A stretch of 64,000 nucleotides of DNA from Azolla caroliniana. Lineage: Eukaryota; Plantae; Polypodiophyta. Shown in pieces: positions 23,713 through 37,641 of this stretch; within the stretch, counting starts at the first letter, position 1, and each line of letters begins with the position of its first letter. The notes under the pieces are model-generated. The model ran no database searches, was not told where the DNA came from, and saw nothing but the letters and a program-made list of their open reading frames with translations. The stretch is from assembly GCA_043228905.1 (NCBI GenBank), contig JBHGNT010000002.1, forward strand, positions 248,001-312,000, in the 5' to 3' direction. Position numbers and translations under genes: made by a program.

Positions 23713-25975
23713 CACTGTTACGCGCGCTCTAATCTTGCACCAACAAGAATGACAACAACTTCGCCCTAAGTTTGCCCTAAGTCATATTTATATTAATATG
23801 ACTTTTCGGCTATTTACAAATATAGCCCCGATGGACTCTCAGAAAACATATTTACGAATATGTCCCTTCATCCGGTGAGCACTTCTCACCGGGCCTTCAT
23901 CATCCAGCTCTTGCCGAGTACTCCTCATCCGGTTCTCACCGGGTCTTCTATAGCTGGGTACTCTTCATTCGGTGAGCACCGGATCTTCCGTAGCCGGGTA
24001 CTCTTCATCCGGTTCTCACCGGGTCTTCCGTAACCGAGTACTCCTCCTCCGGTTTCTCATCAGCACTATTCTTCTCACTTCCCATCCGGAGGGAGTTGTT
24101 TCCTAACATGCTTGTCTGGGCCGGTTCCCATACATCTGAATGTACGACATCCAGGATCCCTTTGCTCACATTCTGCTCTTTTGGGAAGGGATGTCAGCAT
24201 TGCTTTCCGAACTGGCACGCTTCGCATACGCCCGTAATCTCCTTCATGGTAAAATTTGGGAATTCGATTACGACTCCTTTCGATTGCATGTTCTGGAGTT
24301 TTTGGAGATTGATGTGGCCGATTCTCTTGTGCCACAGATTTATGTCAGTTTCGACTTTAAGGCCCTTTGCGAACATGGTTGACTTTACCTCGTTCGATTC
24401 AAGGATAAACATACGACCTTCTCGTTGACCGTGGGCTACGACTTGTCCGCCCCTTTCGATGAAGCACCCGTCGTTGTTGAATCGTACCTCCATTCCTTGT
24501 TCGACAATCTGGCCGACGGAGACCAGGTTTTCCATGATGGTAGGGACATGTAGTACGTTCTTGAGATAGGTTTGTTTGTCATTGTTTCCAAATGGGACGT
24601 TCCCAATATGCTATATTGGATGAATCGTGTCATCGCCTGTCTCGACATATCCAGGTCGTTCAGGTTTTTGTAATTCCCGAAACCAATCTTCATGAGACAT
24701 CATGTGGTTAGATGCTCCCGAGTCAACAAACCATACGTTATTTGAGGCGGAGGCGCTAGTTGAGGCCCGTGCTGACATCGAGTGTCCTTCGTGCCTCATT
24801 ACGAACATTCCGCCATGGTCTCCGTAGTTGGAATTCGCGGCGTAATTTGTAAACATTCCGCTACGATCGTCATAGTCGGAATTCAATGCGTAATTCGTGA
24901 ACATTCCGCTACGATTGTCATAGTCAGAGTTCAATTCGTAGTTCGTGAGTTGTCGGCTAGTTGAAGCCAAGTCTCATACCTTTTTCCGGCACTCCTCTTC
25001 ATAGTGGCCATGTTTTCCACAGTGCCCGCATTCGATCAGGTTGTTACGATTGCTCGGTTCGGCGTGATGAATCCCCCTTTTGTCGAACTCTCTGGGACCG
25101 TTCGTGTCCGCTTGCCATTGGTGGGAGTTACGCTCTTGAGTCTGCCGACCATTACGGCCTTGTTCGGATTGACCTCTATTTCCACAGCCGAAATTTCTTC
25201 TATCATCCGACTGGGAGTAGAGCATAGGACCCTCTAGTGCGTTGCTCCTTTGTCAGGCGTGATTTTCCTCAACCAACAATATTGATTGGAGATCAAAAAA
25301 TGGAGGGTTCTCCCTTGCAAGGATGGCCGATCTAATCGAGCCAAATCGGGGTGCTAAGCCACCGAGGCATATTTGCACCATCTCATCATTGTCGATTATG
25401 ACATTAATCGAACCAAGGGCATCGCACAGCTCCTTGATCTTTAAGGTATAGTCGGTGATCGACATGTCCCTCTGTTGCATGTTGTTTAGCTCCTGTCGAA
25501 GTTGGAGCTTTTGTGCAACCATGTTGGCCGCAAAAATCATCTTGAGGAATCTCGAATATAGCGAAGCATATGATCATGAACGCATAATGCAAGGGAATAC
25601 AACACATGGCTTGCGGCCTGCTCCCAAGCGGGATAGTCGGCGTGTGTTGGCTTGGGTTGAGTTTCGTGAGCTCCTTCAATGTAGCTCCAGTAACCTTGTC
25701 CAACAAGATATTGATGCATCTTGTATTCCCAAGATGCCAAATTCGTTTTGTCAAGCTTCTCGATAGGAAGAGCGCTTCCCATCTGACTGTTCATTATGTG
25801 GATTTCTTAATGTTAATGAGTTGGTTCTGTTGATCGTCGGCGTGTACCACAACACAATTGAATAGATTCGATTAAGCAACCACACACTCTGATACCATGT
25901 AAAGAAATGAGGAGCAAGAGTGGTTGAGATGCAGCGGAAGGTCTATGTGTGTGAGTGTGTGTATGCACGTAAGGC

Positions 25976-26016
<41 letters not shown>

Positions 26017-27899
26017 AGACAGAGATAAAAGATTGTATGTTACATTAACCAAAATACTTCCAACAGTAATTAAGTTACAAGGGGTTGGTTTAAATACCAA
26101 CGGAGCTAGGGTAAGTGCCTTTTCTACTATTTACAAAACTAGTCGGGTATGTCCATGAGCTAGTGTGAAACCTATTGCTATGGGAAGTTGAGTTTGACTC
26201 TCAACAGTACCCTGCATCTCCACCAATATGTGAAATGCACATAAGAGATCAAAACCAGCCTACTTAGCTTCGTACTTCTTACTCGATTTATAGTTCATAG
26301 AAATGTACCTATTTGGGTTGACTTAGCTAAAAAGGGTGTGCTAAAAGGGTGGCACAAAGGAACACATACACACGACAATATGTACATATACTTTTGTAAT
26401 GTGTGTGAAACCTCACTTTTCCTCGTTTTCCTCCTTTGGCCACGCCACATCACGACATTGTCCCCTTGAGTGTCTCCCTTGAAATGTGTTTAGCCATACC
26501 CGAGGGTATAGGCACAAACCTCATCCACAAGTTTGTTACACCTACATCCTAACCTTGCTCAACTTGCATATTCATGTTTGTGAATGATGATGTGTTTTGT
26601 TGAGGAATGATGCACAATGCGTTATTCCATCCTGCTTACGTCATTTCCCAACCCAATCCTTTTTGCATCATTAATATTAAAAAGACCATCTTCATATCGT
26701 ACTATGTGTTCATTGCCCATCTTGCCTAATTATCCACAGTGCAAGCTTTCAAGAATTTCTCCAATATTCTTGTTGCTCATCTCCCCTATTCTGTTGCACA
26801 CTTAATAGTGTTGTATCATATCATTTCTTGATTCCTTATTTCTTATTCGTAGTCATTTGGTATCCCGACATGATATTTGCTTTCTCTGAACCACTCTAAG
26901 TTGTGTACACATTGTTCTGGGCCTTGGAGATATTCGCTCTAGGTTGTACCTTATATGGTAAGAGGTTACAAAGGGCCTCCACCAATGTATTCAAAGGCAA
27001 ATAAATTTTCAGAATGTCTTATGCATACTGTTATAAGAATATTCATGAACCCTTTTCTAGTGCTATACAAGGTCCTACGTAAAGTATAAAAGTATCCCTA
27101 ATATATTCTCCAAAGAGACACCAGCGGTAACAAATACAAGACATCCTCTTCAAGGATTCTCAAAGTACTGAAGTGATGCACAATAGTGTAAAAATACAAC
27201 GATTCACCAAACTGATCAAGTTTATTTAAGGTTATTGCTTTCTTGAAGGTTTTCGTACCAAAATACGAAAATAGTTTTAAATTTTACATAGGTTCATAAG
27301 CTCATTCTAGTGATAGCTAACAATTTGTTGAACTTCATATGACTATACAAAGGAGCAAATGAATGAAATGGTAAGGAAACGTATGACAACTACTGCACAT
27401 CCCAGGATACGAAAGCAATTATATTTACGTAAATGATCATCAATAGCAATGAATCGTACAACTTCACTTAAATTATCACTAATTTTTCTAGCATGTACAA
27501 TTAACATTATTTCCAGAAAGTAAAAACTTCAATTTTTATAAAATCAAACCCTTGCTTACAGTTTTCCCAACAGATGACAGACCTCTAGCACTGCTGTGTA
27601 CTCATAACCAGGCATGTAACATTTTCGCAGTGAAGGAACCATTTTACAATGTCTTCCTATTAAATTATTTGATTAGAATGTAACCGGCACTAATACCATA
27701 ATACCAGGGACCCATTTTCACTTACTAGATGAGCCTGAAAAAACTTGAAAGACACCTTATGTATACCTTGAGTTGAATCTAATATCAGACCTTCATATGG
27801 GACATTGTTTAAAGTTAAAGAGCAAAGGCCATAATTTTCTTTAATACATATGCAGATTACAGAAGAAGCCCACTGCAATCAAGCATTAACAATAGACCA

Positions 27900-30627
27900 T
27901 CAAGATGCCTTCCTCCGTGCATCGTCAGGAACTTGAACATTGGCTAAACTGGCAGCCATTGAAGCAGCTAGTGAAGAAATACTTTGATTTGCAAATTGGT
28001 TATTTGATGTACTCTCTTCCAGACTAGCCTTGATAGCAGCTGTCAAGATAAGATCTTCTTCCTTGGAATTCTTTCCCGACGTCTTTGTCGACTTTGAGAT
28101 CCTCTCTGCATCCTCTGGAGTAAGCCACTGCCCAAAATTATTTCCAGATTCTGATGAGAATGCACATTCTGTAGGAAAGTTGCCTCTGACGACAAAAATA
28201 CTCCATCCCTCACTTTGAAGGGATCCAAGGAAGGCTGAGAGGTAGAAATTAGACAAATGCTCTGGGGCTGGATAAAGACTGTTAAAATTGTACCACTGAT
28301 CACCAACTCTACGAATTGTGAACCAGTGGTCCTGCAGATGACATATAAATGCAACCTCTTGCTGAGGATTTAGCTTTGCAGTTTGGGCATCACGTGAATC
28401 GAGAGAAGTTAACTTCAAATCCCAAACATCAAGGGCCTTAGCTAAAACCTGGAGAAGGAATGGTATGTGTTTAATAATCTCTAAGATCTAGTCTAGAAAG
28501 TTCTTAATATCCCAGTTCATAGATTAACATAGATAATCATCTTCTCTTTTGTGTCACAGAAAATAAACTTGAATAACAACAAGAAGTATTACACAATATT
28601 AACTAGGACAGATGATCATTTTGTATGGCCCAAAATGAGCTTCACAAACAAAAAATAAACGTAGCACTTTCACAACTTAGGCAACAAGAAGAGGGAGTAG
28701 AAGGCAAGCGGATTGAGAAGGGGTGTTGCACTAGGTTGAATGTGTTTTTCCAAATATCTTTAGGGGGACACTCAATCTCATGTTTCAGTTAAGAGTGCGA
28801 AACACATTTCAAGTGTTTACTCCCATTGAAAAGCATTTCACCGTGGCATTATAACATGGTGAGAACAGACTTCAGTGTGAAGCTTCTGCCCTCATGCAGA
28901 TAAAACACCATCTTATGGTCGATTATCTCGCCATGTACGCCTACTTAAATTTTTTTCCCTAGTAGAGCCTCATTTTTCAGCTGTCACATGATCAAACTAT
29001 CCTTAAAAAGCATATTTTTAAACATCATGGGAAGACAGCAGCAACCATCTCCAACAGTGATGGCAGGTGCAGAAACGGCTATTGCCAAGAATTGTCCAAA
29101 CACATGGGCACACAACTTCTGATGTCATCTTCAAACTACCCTGAAATTGATGGACACAGAAGGGGTGATTCATAAATCATAAATTGGAAGATTACATCCA
29201 GAACTATACAAACAGGATTGCAAAAATATCACCAAGCATACAGTTTTATTAGAATTCTGAGTTCACAGCACCATATGCTTCGTTCCTTTCAAATATGTGC
29301 GGCAAATATATGTAATCATTTCATTGGCTTTACTCTCAGAAAGTCAACATGCACATTAGACCATTACATTAACTTTCTTTCACATCATTACAACCTGGGT
29401 AAACCTTCAAACAACATTTTGAATAGTACCCGTTTTCATTCTTCAAAACCATGTCACATATGAGATAAGAGTAAAAAGAGGCATCTATATAAACTCCACG
29501 AATCAACAGAGCATAGGACACTTCATGCATGGCACGGAACAGCTGCCATCATCATTCGCTACATATGATTCATCTATTCGCATTCATATTGGTTACACAA
29601 GCTATCATGTTTGGTTTACATAACTTCTTCAACATGTAATCTTCAAAATTATTCATGAAGAAGTTTTAATCAAAATGCGCTTACAAATTATGTATATATA
29701 ACTTAAGACCATGGAGAGAAGTCTTATGTTCTTGATAATCGACAATACCTACCATGGTGGCAACGCATCAAGTTTGAGGAACATGAAAAAGTGAGACTAG
29801 CCAGCCTACTCTATGGTCAGTGGAAGATACCTCCAGCTAAACAGGAGTGGTCATCTAAAGTGAAATGCCAAGAAAGTCAGAACAAACTGTATCTTTTGAA
29901 CAATTCTCAAAAATTTGGTTCCCTTGAAGAGTTAATAATAGAAGCCAAAACAGAGATTTTGTTATTTGGACATTTGTATTCCAAAATATTGAGCCATACA
30001 GGTAACAGAAGTATTTGTACATTTAATATCAAGGCAAAACTTGCAGTTTCTGCAAACACTGCTGAGGAGGATACTATGTATATGAAGCAACGTAAAGATA
30101 CCAACACTATCAAAAAAACTGTGTATCAAAGGTATACACAAAAACCAGTCCTATTCAGAATTGCTAAATATACACTTATTTGTCTTTAGAATACAGATCA
30201 AAGATGTGTTACTTTGGATATTCAGATCGAATTGTTCGGATGGACACATCTTCTTTTCATTGAACATTCATTTCATGGATAAAGATTTGGTTATCTTCAA
30301 AAAAAATACAGATCGAAAGAGAAATGTGTGTGAGAGAGAGTGTGCTTGTGCATGTACCTGGATGCTGAAGTTTCCATCCACAGACACATTCGACGATACT
30401 TCTTCTCCCAAACCAGAGGAGAAAAGAGACGAAGGATGAGGATGATGGGTGTGGACGTCCATTCCCATCTGCATCTCTCTCTTGTCGAGATCTGCAGCGA
30501 CTGCAGCGAGGTCTAACTCGGAGAAGAAAGGCCCCTGCAGCACAGTGTTGACACAGTGCACACCGCACAGCTTCGACTCCTGCACCTCGTGGTAGAGAAT
30601 CATGGATGATCCTCCACGCGAAGACAT
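27900..30627 (-). CDS. Ataxin-3 homolog (Josephin-domain deubiquitinase with a UIM-like motif); exons 30627-30358 and 28448-27900, 272 aa
   Basis: LYHEVQESKLCGVHCVN, GNFSIQ|VLAKAL, AFICHLQDHWFTIR, WYNFNSL (Cys-His-Asn triad intact), EEDLILTAAIKASL; phase-0 GT-AG intron 30357-28449. Confidence 0.93.
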
Positions 30628-30790
30628 GGATGGTATGCGATGGATCGACGAAAGAAACTTAAGAGGAGGAGCGTGGAGAGGGAGGGAGATGGTTCTTTCT
30701 TGACAGGCAGGCAAAGCAGGAAGGAATTTATGTTGTCCGTTTCTGTCTGTGTGTCTACACGCTCGTGGAGTTACATACATACATACATAT

Positions 30791-30805
30791 CTTCTTCTTC
30801 TTCGT

Positions 30806-30835
<30 letters not shown>
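30791..30835. repeat. (CTT)n microsatellite upstream of the ataxin-3 homolog
   Basis: Direct reading, one interruption. Confidence 0.9.
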
Positions 30836-30837
<2 letters not shown>

Positions 30838-31399
30838 CAACGATGCTTTCATGTCTCTTTCATTGCGCTGGTCTATAATTCCTTATATTTTGCTTAATTA
30901 ATAATTAGTTAAACTCTAACAATGAATGATCTAGAACATATGGGAGCCCCTAGCAATCTTAGAGCCTAAGGAGCTCTTTTATGTTTAGGGGACTACACTA
31001 TCCTCCTCAGCGCTCACGACATCTGAATGAAACACGTAAAGTTTGTTGGTGAGGCAAACCTCTCATATTCTGAATTAAATGTGGTCTACTAGACTTCTGA
31101 GGTATAATCCGATGCATATTTAATGATGGTAAGGAAAACCAATGGGGAAACATTTGTACTGATCTTGTATCCTTTGCTTAGGGATCATTTGGGTGTTCAA
31201 CCACCTTGCATGCTATATTTCTCTTTAGTCTTTTATAAATAACTTCTTATTGTTAGCATTTCTAATTATTTTGCTTGAAGAAGTTAATTTCCTATATTCC
31301 TTTTGGTTGAAGGACTTAATATGATTGCAAGCCATGCAAATGGTTCAATGTGCCCAAAATCTTGCCCATAAAAAAAATTGGCATCACTAGATACACCCA

Positions 31400-32720
31400 A
31401 AACCTATTCTTTGTATGAGAAATATGTGTAGAAGAAATGCACCTATTCTTTGATGAGTGAGTTGGTCGGTAATTGTTTTTTATTCTCCACCATATAGTGC
31501 ACAATGCAACAGAGCTATATTTCCCTTTTTTGAAGGTTCAACCCCGTTCAAAGCAGATCTAATAAACATTTCCATTCGAATACTCTACTTAATTGGAAAA
31601 CCAAAGCTCCACATACCCATGAGTTTGCTTTCCCACGCGTATCTTCCATGCATATCAAGCACTTTGTGGCCTATAAATAAAGGTTTTGGACATGATAGAA
31701 TGAAATAGCATGTGATACCTTCGTATAGGCTAGAGGGGGAATCTCTTTGGCTCACTTTGAATCTTAGGGTAAGCTTACATGTGGAACTTATGCAAGGTTG
31801 AATCTCAACAAACCTCCCCATACATGAGGTAGTAGTGTTCCCTTAACTAGCTTAGCAAGTTGGTGAAAAATTTAAGAGCAAACAAGTTATTAGTAGTTTT
31901 TAAATTTGGATTGGAGCAAATCAATTGTGTCATCATGTGATCGTGACTCTATTATAAACAATGTGCTACAAATAATGAGTTTCCGATCATGATCAAAGTG
32001 ACTTCTCACCAAGAGATTAGTAGACGTGTATGCTAGTCTTTGGCAACCATTGTGCCTTGTCCTTATCCAAAATAACATTGCCTTCCACATATTATGCCAC
32101 CATGCACTAATCATATTATTATCAAGAAGTCTTTCGCAAGTTCTAAAAATAATGAGTCTAATTATTTAGTGTACCAAAAAACATTGGATTTGCCGAGGAA
32201 CTCAATTATTATACACAATTTTGTCACGTAATGGGGACCTTAACTCCTATGCATCCATGAGTGAAAAACAAAATATTGTAATTCAAGCCCCTTTTGTTAA
32301 TAAGGAACTTTCTCTTGCATGTGACTAGCCATATCAGTTTACCACCGATTTTCGTCAAGAATGACTCCACCTCAACCTTGTTAGGTCAACTTCTCGAGCT
32401 TTCGGTGGTTACTTGTGCCTTCCCTTTTATGATTGCCATCACTTACTTCATTATGATTTGCACAAACATCCTCAATCTCAAGATCATTGTACAATATATC
32501 ACCCAAATAAATCGATTCACAGCTTCAATGAATATCCAATCATAGAACAAGCAAATAACCATTTTGCCATAACCTTTACATTAAGGCATAAAGCAACTAC
32601 AATGCCCAAAGCACTTTTATATTTTCTCTTGAGATTGTAAATAATCATACCTATGAAATCTATGTCAATAGCATTGTAGGGGACAATTCCTTGGCCTAGT
32701 TATGTAAAAGTTCCAATCCA
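31400..32720 (-). mobile_element. Highly decayed gypsy RNase H and integrase remnants
   Basis: EKREI.LCCIVHYMV (cf. EKExLAxVxA) near 31480-31530; LFIGHKVL (cf. TDHxAL); PYNAIDIDFIG (cf. integrase WGIDFVGP) near 32650-32685. Boundaries approximate. Confidence 0.4.
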
Positions 32721-33637
32721 ATTACAACGAGAACGATTCACCTTTCCAAATACTGACCTCTTTTCTAGTAGGCCTGGAACCTTGGGACATAAACAAAGCT
32801 TCGTGGATGGATTCGTTTTTGTAAACATTGACCTCCTTTATAGGTAGGCCTACACCTTAGGGCATAAACTACCAATAGTTAGTACAAATACAAATTATGA
32901 GTCCCCTATCATAACCCAACAGTCTGCAATCTTGATTGTGGATGCAAACGATTACATTGCACAACACGATAATATTCTGAATATGCGATGAATATTGACA
33001 TTGTAAATAAACAGTCAACGCTACATTGAGGGTGACCCATGTGTATGTCCATTTTCATGCTAACACCAACATTTAACACATGTCTTCATAGATGGGACCC
33101 CCTTGAGTCATTTTAGGCTGGCTGCAAACCCATTGAGTTTACTACTACTTGATAAGACACCTAGGTTATGTTTATGGGAAGCCTCACAAGGTATATCATC
33201 TATAAAACCATATGTGGGCACCCTTTAGTAGCATAATTAGTGGTGATGAGGAGTAGCATAACTAGTGGTAAGGTAGCTTAGGTTCCGAAACAGAAACATG
33301 ATATTATGAATCATGTGCATGAGAAATTGACCAATCAAAGGATTGTACGCCATGGTTTCAGGCTTTACTCCCTTTAAATCCTTCCTGACCTTGTACATTA
33401 ATTGGGATATATATTTCCCTCCTCTATCACTTCTTAATCATTTCAATTTCTTTCCACATCAATCTTAGCTACTGGAGATCATTGTTTGAACATCATAAAG
33501 ACAGCCGACTTCACAACAATAGTATCAAACCATGTCAACCATCAGCGTTCAGCACTAAAGGTGACGAGAAACTTTGATCCACCATTATATGTTGGAGATC
33601 ACCGTACTATGCCTTTATGAACCAAAGAAATTATACC

Positions 33638-33998
33638 GTCGGACATCCATCATGTTGAGAGTTTTGGTTCACTTAATCAAGTTTGGGAAAATCCACCTTA
33701 TGCATCTATACCGTGGGACATCCATCATGTTGTGTTACAAAATCATGTCACAACTTTGTCGGACATCCATCATGTTGAGAGTTTTGGTTCACTTAATCAA
33801 GTTTGGGAAAATCCACCTTATGCATCTATACCGTGGGACATCCATCATGTTGTGTTACAAAATCATGTCACAACTTTGTCGGACATCCATCATGTTGAGA
33901 GTTTTGGTTCACTTAATCAAGTTTGGGAAAATCCACTTTGTGCATCTATACCGTGGGACATCCATCATGTTGTGTTACAAAATCATGTCACAACTTTG
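33638..33998. repeat. 120-bp tandem repeat, 3 copies, near perfect
   Basis: Units start at 33638, 33758, 33878; copies 1 and 2 identical, copy 3 has 2 substitutions; internal sub-repeat GGACATCCATCATGTTG. Confidence 0.97.
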
Positions 33999-34804
33999 CC
34001 AACCCGTGACAAACGATGTAGCTTTGTTGCATGTAAGCAACTCAGCAAAGAGCAGATTGTAAATTCTAGCATGCCACAAATAAATCAAAGCACTATGAGC
34101 AGTCTCACATAAGTATCATCTTTTCTCCTTCTGAGTGTACTCTTAGAAGAATCACTTGGCCTTGTATTATCACAGTAGAATATTCTTCAAATAGTGCCAG
34201 AATTTGGGCCATCCCAACTTCATTCCATTGGGCAATGGCTGAAAATGCATCTGAACTCAACATCATAGCAAATCTTGTGATATAAACATGCAAGAAACCA
34301 GCTTTTGAACAAGTTCAGGTCACCGGTCATTAAGAAATATAAATAATCAGCTCATTGGTAATTGTAATGTACGCATAAAGTGAGGGACTACAAAAGTGCC
34401 AGAATTGCACTACAAGTTACAACCAAAGGATTCCGGCAAGATATCTTTCACTCAGGCTCAAAAGACATGTCAAGTATCCAATATGATGAAGAAGATGAAC
34501 CAATTAATGGATAGTTGAAGGGCTGAGGCACAAGTAACTTGACGAAGATGCCTCTCTTTTGTTCTTATTTGACAGAACTTCCACACACCATAAAATGTTC
34601 TGTCAAAGATCTAGAATTTATATTCTTCATAGCCCTCGTGTGAATTATACTACAAGGAATAATAGACTTAAAGAAAGTCATGATAATTCTTTGCCAATGA
34701 ACTTTGTAGTTGTATTGTTTTCCTCCAACAGGTCTTTATGTCTGTTGATTTCTGGCAAGACAAGTTCCAAGAATTGCTGATTTTTATATTTCATTAACAG
34801 GTAA

Positions 34805-35278
34805 AGCCAAGCCAATGCCTTCTTTGAATAGGCAATAGTATCGTCCAATTATTTTGTAACAAACAATACATTAGAAAACATAATGTTCCTGCTATTCCAC
34901 ATCTTGATGGTACATCATCATTGATCTTCATATTTCCTTACCTTGCAGAGTGAGTCAATGCCTTTGAAAAGGCAAAGGTATCGTATAATTATTTTATAAT
35001 GAGCTGTACAATGGCAACATAATGCTCCTCCCATTCTACACCCTGGTAGCTCAATTGGCAGATCCATTCTTCCAAAGATTTGCATGCATATCACTCTTTA
35101 ATTTACTACCTTGCAGAGTGAGCCAAAGCCTTGTTCAAATACGCAAGTGCATAATGCAATTATGTTATAACGAACAGTACAATGGCAAACATAGTGTTTC
35201 TCATATTCCATGTCCTGATGACTCGGTTGGTAGATCTATTCTTCCAAAGATTTGCATGCATATCACTCTCTAACTTAT
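34805..35278. repeat. Degenerate tandem repeat, ~168-bp period, about 3 copies
   Basis: CCTTGCAGAGTGAG at 34941 and 35109; TTCTTCCAAAGATTTGCATGCATATCACTCT shared by units 2 and 3. Confidence 0.75.
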
Positions 35279-37641
35279 ATGAAGAGGTCCTCTGCTACTC
35301 TATAACACTACAGAGAATATAACAGAGCCTAATGCTAAATACATCCTGTACCATATTAAAAAAGAGGGCCTCATAGTGTGCCATCTTCCCACCAACAGAT
35401 GGTGTGGTGATGATACACATTCTTTCATTATCCAATTTAATGATATAAATTGAGATCACTCAATTCTTTCACACTTTGGTCATGTCCAAGTGTGGACAAC
35501 CAAATCAATATTAGAATGGAGACAGTGCATTTATATGTATGCCATGTGATCAGAACCATTCTTGCAAATCGGCCTACATAAGTAGCTTCAGGTTATCCAT
35601 ACAAAGACACTCTAGTCATCTTTTTAACGCATTCCTAAAATCATGACCTTTACCAGCTCCAATTACTGGAGCATCAATGGTAGAAAACACTTGTAATTTT
35701 AGTCCACGTGGAGAGAAAGGTGATTCATATATCTCAAACTTCTAATGAAGTGCCGTCCCACTACCTAGCATATCACCATGACAGGCTCAAGCGAGAAAAG
35801 TTCATCATGGCAATAAACAGCACGGAGTTACCACACATGGAGACAGATCATAGAGATTTAGAGTACACAAATCACCATGGTGGATGCACCAGTAAAAAAC
35901 CAAAAACATCAAATAGTTGCTTTCAAAGATTCTCAAAGTATTAGCATTTTCTGGATTGTGCAAATATAGTGACAAACTCTTCACTTTGTTCACACTGATG
36001 TTTGCAACACGTATTCCACTGGAGAAACAAGTGGACAAGCTAGTACATATGCACGCCATGCTTTGTAATATCCATTTCATGTCTGATGCCCAAATATAAA
36101 AAGATCCTTCAGCCTCCTCTTTAATGATTCATGTACTTTTTTTCATGCACATTTATACTCATGCTTTGTCTCATAGGGAAGGTCGAGACATTGTAAATGC
36201 TACAATGCCATGTGTTTTCAAAGTCTAACGTTGAAACCTAAAAGAGTAGACGGGCGGTAATTGTGTGGAGAGACCCAACAATAGTAGCTTTTAACCTTTC
36301 CAACCACATGTAATGAACTCTTAAAAACTTACAAATTTTGAACCATGTAATATGTGCATACTGTGCCAAGTTATCATATAATTATTTATTTATTTTTCAG
36401 TGTATCTATGTAGAAGAGGGAGAAAATGATCAATAAGAATAAAGTGAATTTGTAAGTTAATTCATGCAGAAATTTGATATCATGCTCCCAAACCATGCAC
36501 AGGTCTGGAGCTTCGATGCACAGATTCACCTTCCCACTTTAAATTCTCTTGGCATGATTTTCATAAGGTCAGATGGGTTCTAAGTGTAGTTTCAGAGGAT
36601 TAATTGTAAACTTGAGAATGTTTAACATGCAAATAACGAGGGTTACAAGTAAAGGCAATCTCACACATTTTATGGATAGGGAAAATAAAGTTAATTAGTC
36701 ACGGACATAATTGTTAAAGTTAGGTTATTAATAAATTGATATCGATGAGGCCATTTCTCAATCAATTATCATTAATGATGGTACCATATAGCCAAGGAAC
36801 AAAAGCAGTAGATAAAGTTAAGTGATAATTCATGGGACTATTGAGTAATTAAGGGAGGTCGTCTTTCTATCAATGTGAGAGAAGTTTAGGTTGCTGAATG
36901 TATTGACTTCTGCTGGATTCTACTCCTCAGCTGCATGGAGCCTGAAGAACTTTGTCCTGGGGAACAGCATGGGTACACTAGCTACACTTATGCCTTCGTC
37001 GCCTTCTTCATCAGTTGCGTATTGATAGTATGTCCCAAATTTCTGCATGAAATACTAAATTAATATGCATGTAGCATCAAAAATCAATCTGTTGGTGTAT
37101 CATGTCTACTCTTCCTCGCTTACAGCACCATAATGGTATTTCAAGGAAAAGACAGTACTTGTACAAGGGAAAGTTGGAGAGATCAATGTACATGTTACAT
37201 GCTGTGGGCTAGAGTATCTCAGCACATACTCAACAAGAAAGTTAAATCATTGGCGCCACAGACATTCGTTGAAATTGATATGGTTATCCTCTTTAAGTAT
37301 AGATGCCCCAGTATTTTTTTCTCTTCATTTACGTTATTCAGTTTTCATCATTTAATGTTCTAGACATCTTATGTGCCACCAAACTGTTAGTTTTGGCTTT
37401 CAGTTGTGCTCATAAAGTTTCAAATTATTATCATGAATATTACCTCCATTGTTTATGAGCTACCTTCTCCACTATTCCTTTCTCTAATTATACTAATGAT
37501 TTTGGTTTCTCAAATTTTATTTCTAAGAAATTATTAGGAGACTTCTAGATCTCAGGGATGAAGTTAAGATTAATGAAATAGGTGTTGCTGAAGCGTATCT
37601 TCTTGAGAAATTTCTTCATGGTGTTCATAATGAACACAAAT

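Larger units (their letters stand above)
17505..24108 (-). mobile_element. Full-length decayed copia 'Copia-3' nested in the B2 integrase; 3' LTR 17505-18219, 5' LTR 22306-24108 (split by a solo LTR); TSD TGCTT
   Basis: TSD TGCTT at 17500-17504 and 24109-24113; LTR ends TGTTAGGA…TCCTGTCA; PBS TGGTATTAGAGC 22302-22291; PPT ~18222-18230. LTRs differ at roughly 30 positions by hand count (about 5%). U3 carries a ~39-bp tandem repeat. Confidence 0.95.
16569..26206 (-). mobile_element. Copia family B copy 'B2': 5' LTR 26206-25898, PBS 25897-25886, decayed gag-PR-IN; interrupted by Copia-3 and truncated at 16569
   Basis: Minus-strand TGTTGAGA…TCTTTACA, TGGTATCAGAGT; gag MNSQMGSALPIEKLD from 25794; integrase GPAQTS|TLGRCRYYVTFIDD is rejoined across the 17505-24108 insertion. 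Confidence 0.9.

Noticed and set aside
30628-30852. Poly-Arg N-terminal extension of the ataxin-3 homolog in the ORF track
   Set aside because: It translates a (GAA)n microsatellite and UTR-like sequence; homology begins at the ATGs at 30627/30603.
33574-34112. Repeat proteins of 162 and 126 aa, or a CRISPR-like array
   Set aside because: Frames stay open only because the 120-bp period is a multiple of 3; the intervening sequences are repeated rather than unique spacers, and the context is eukaryotic.
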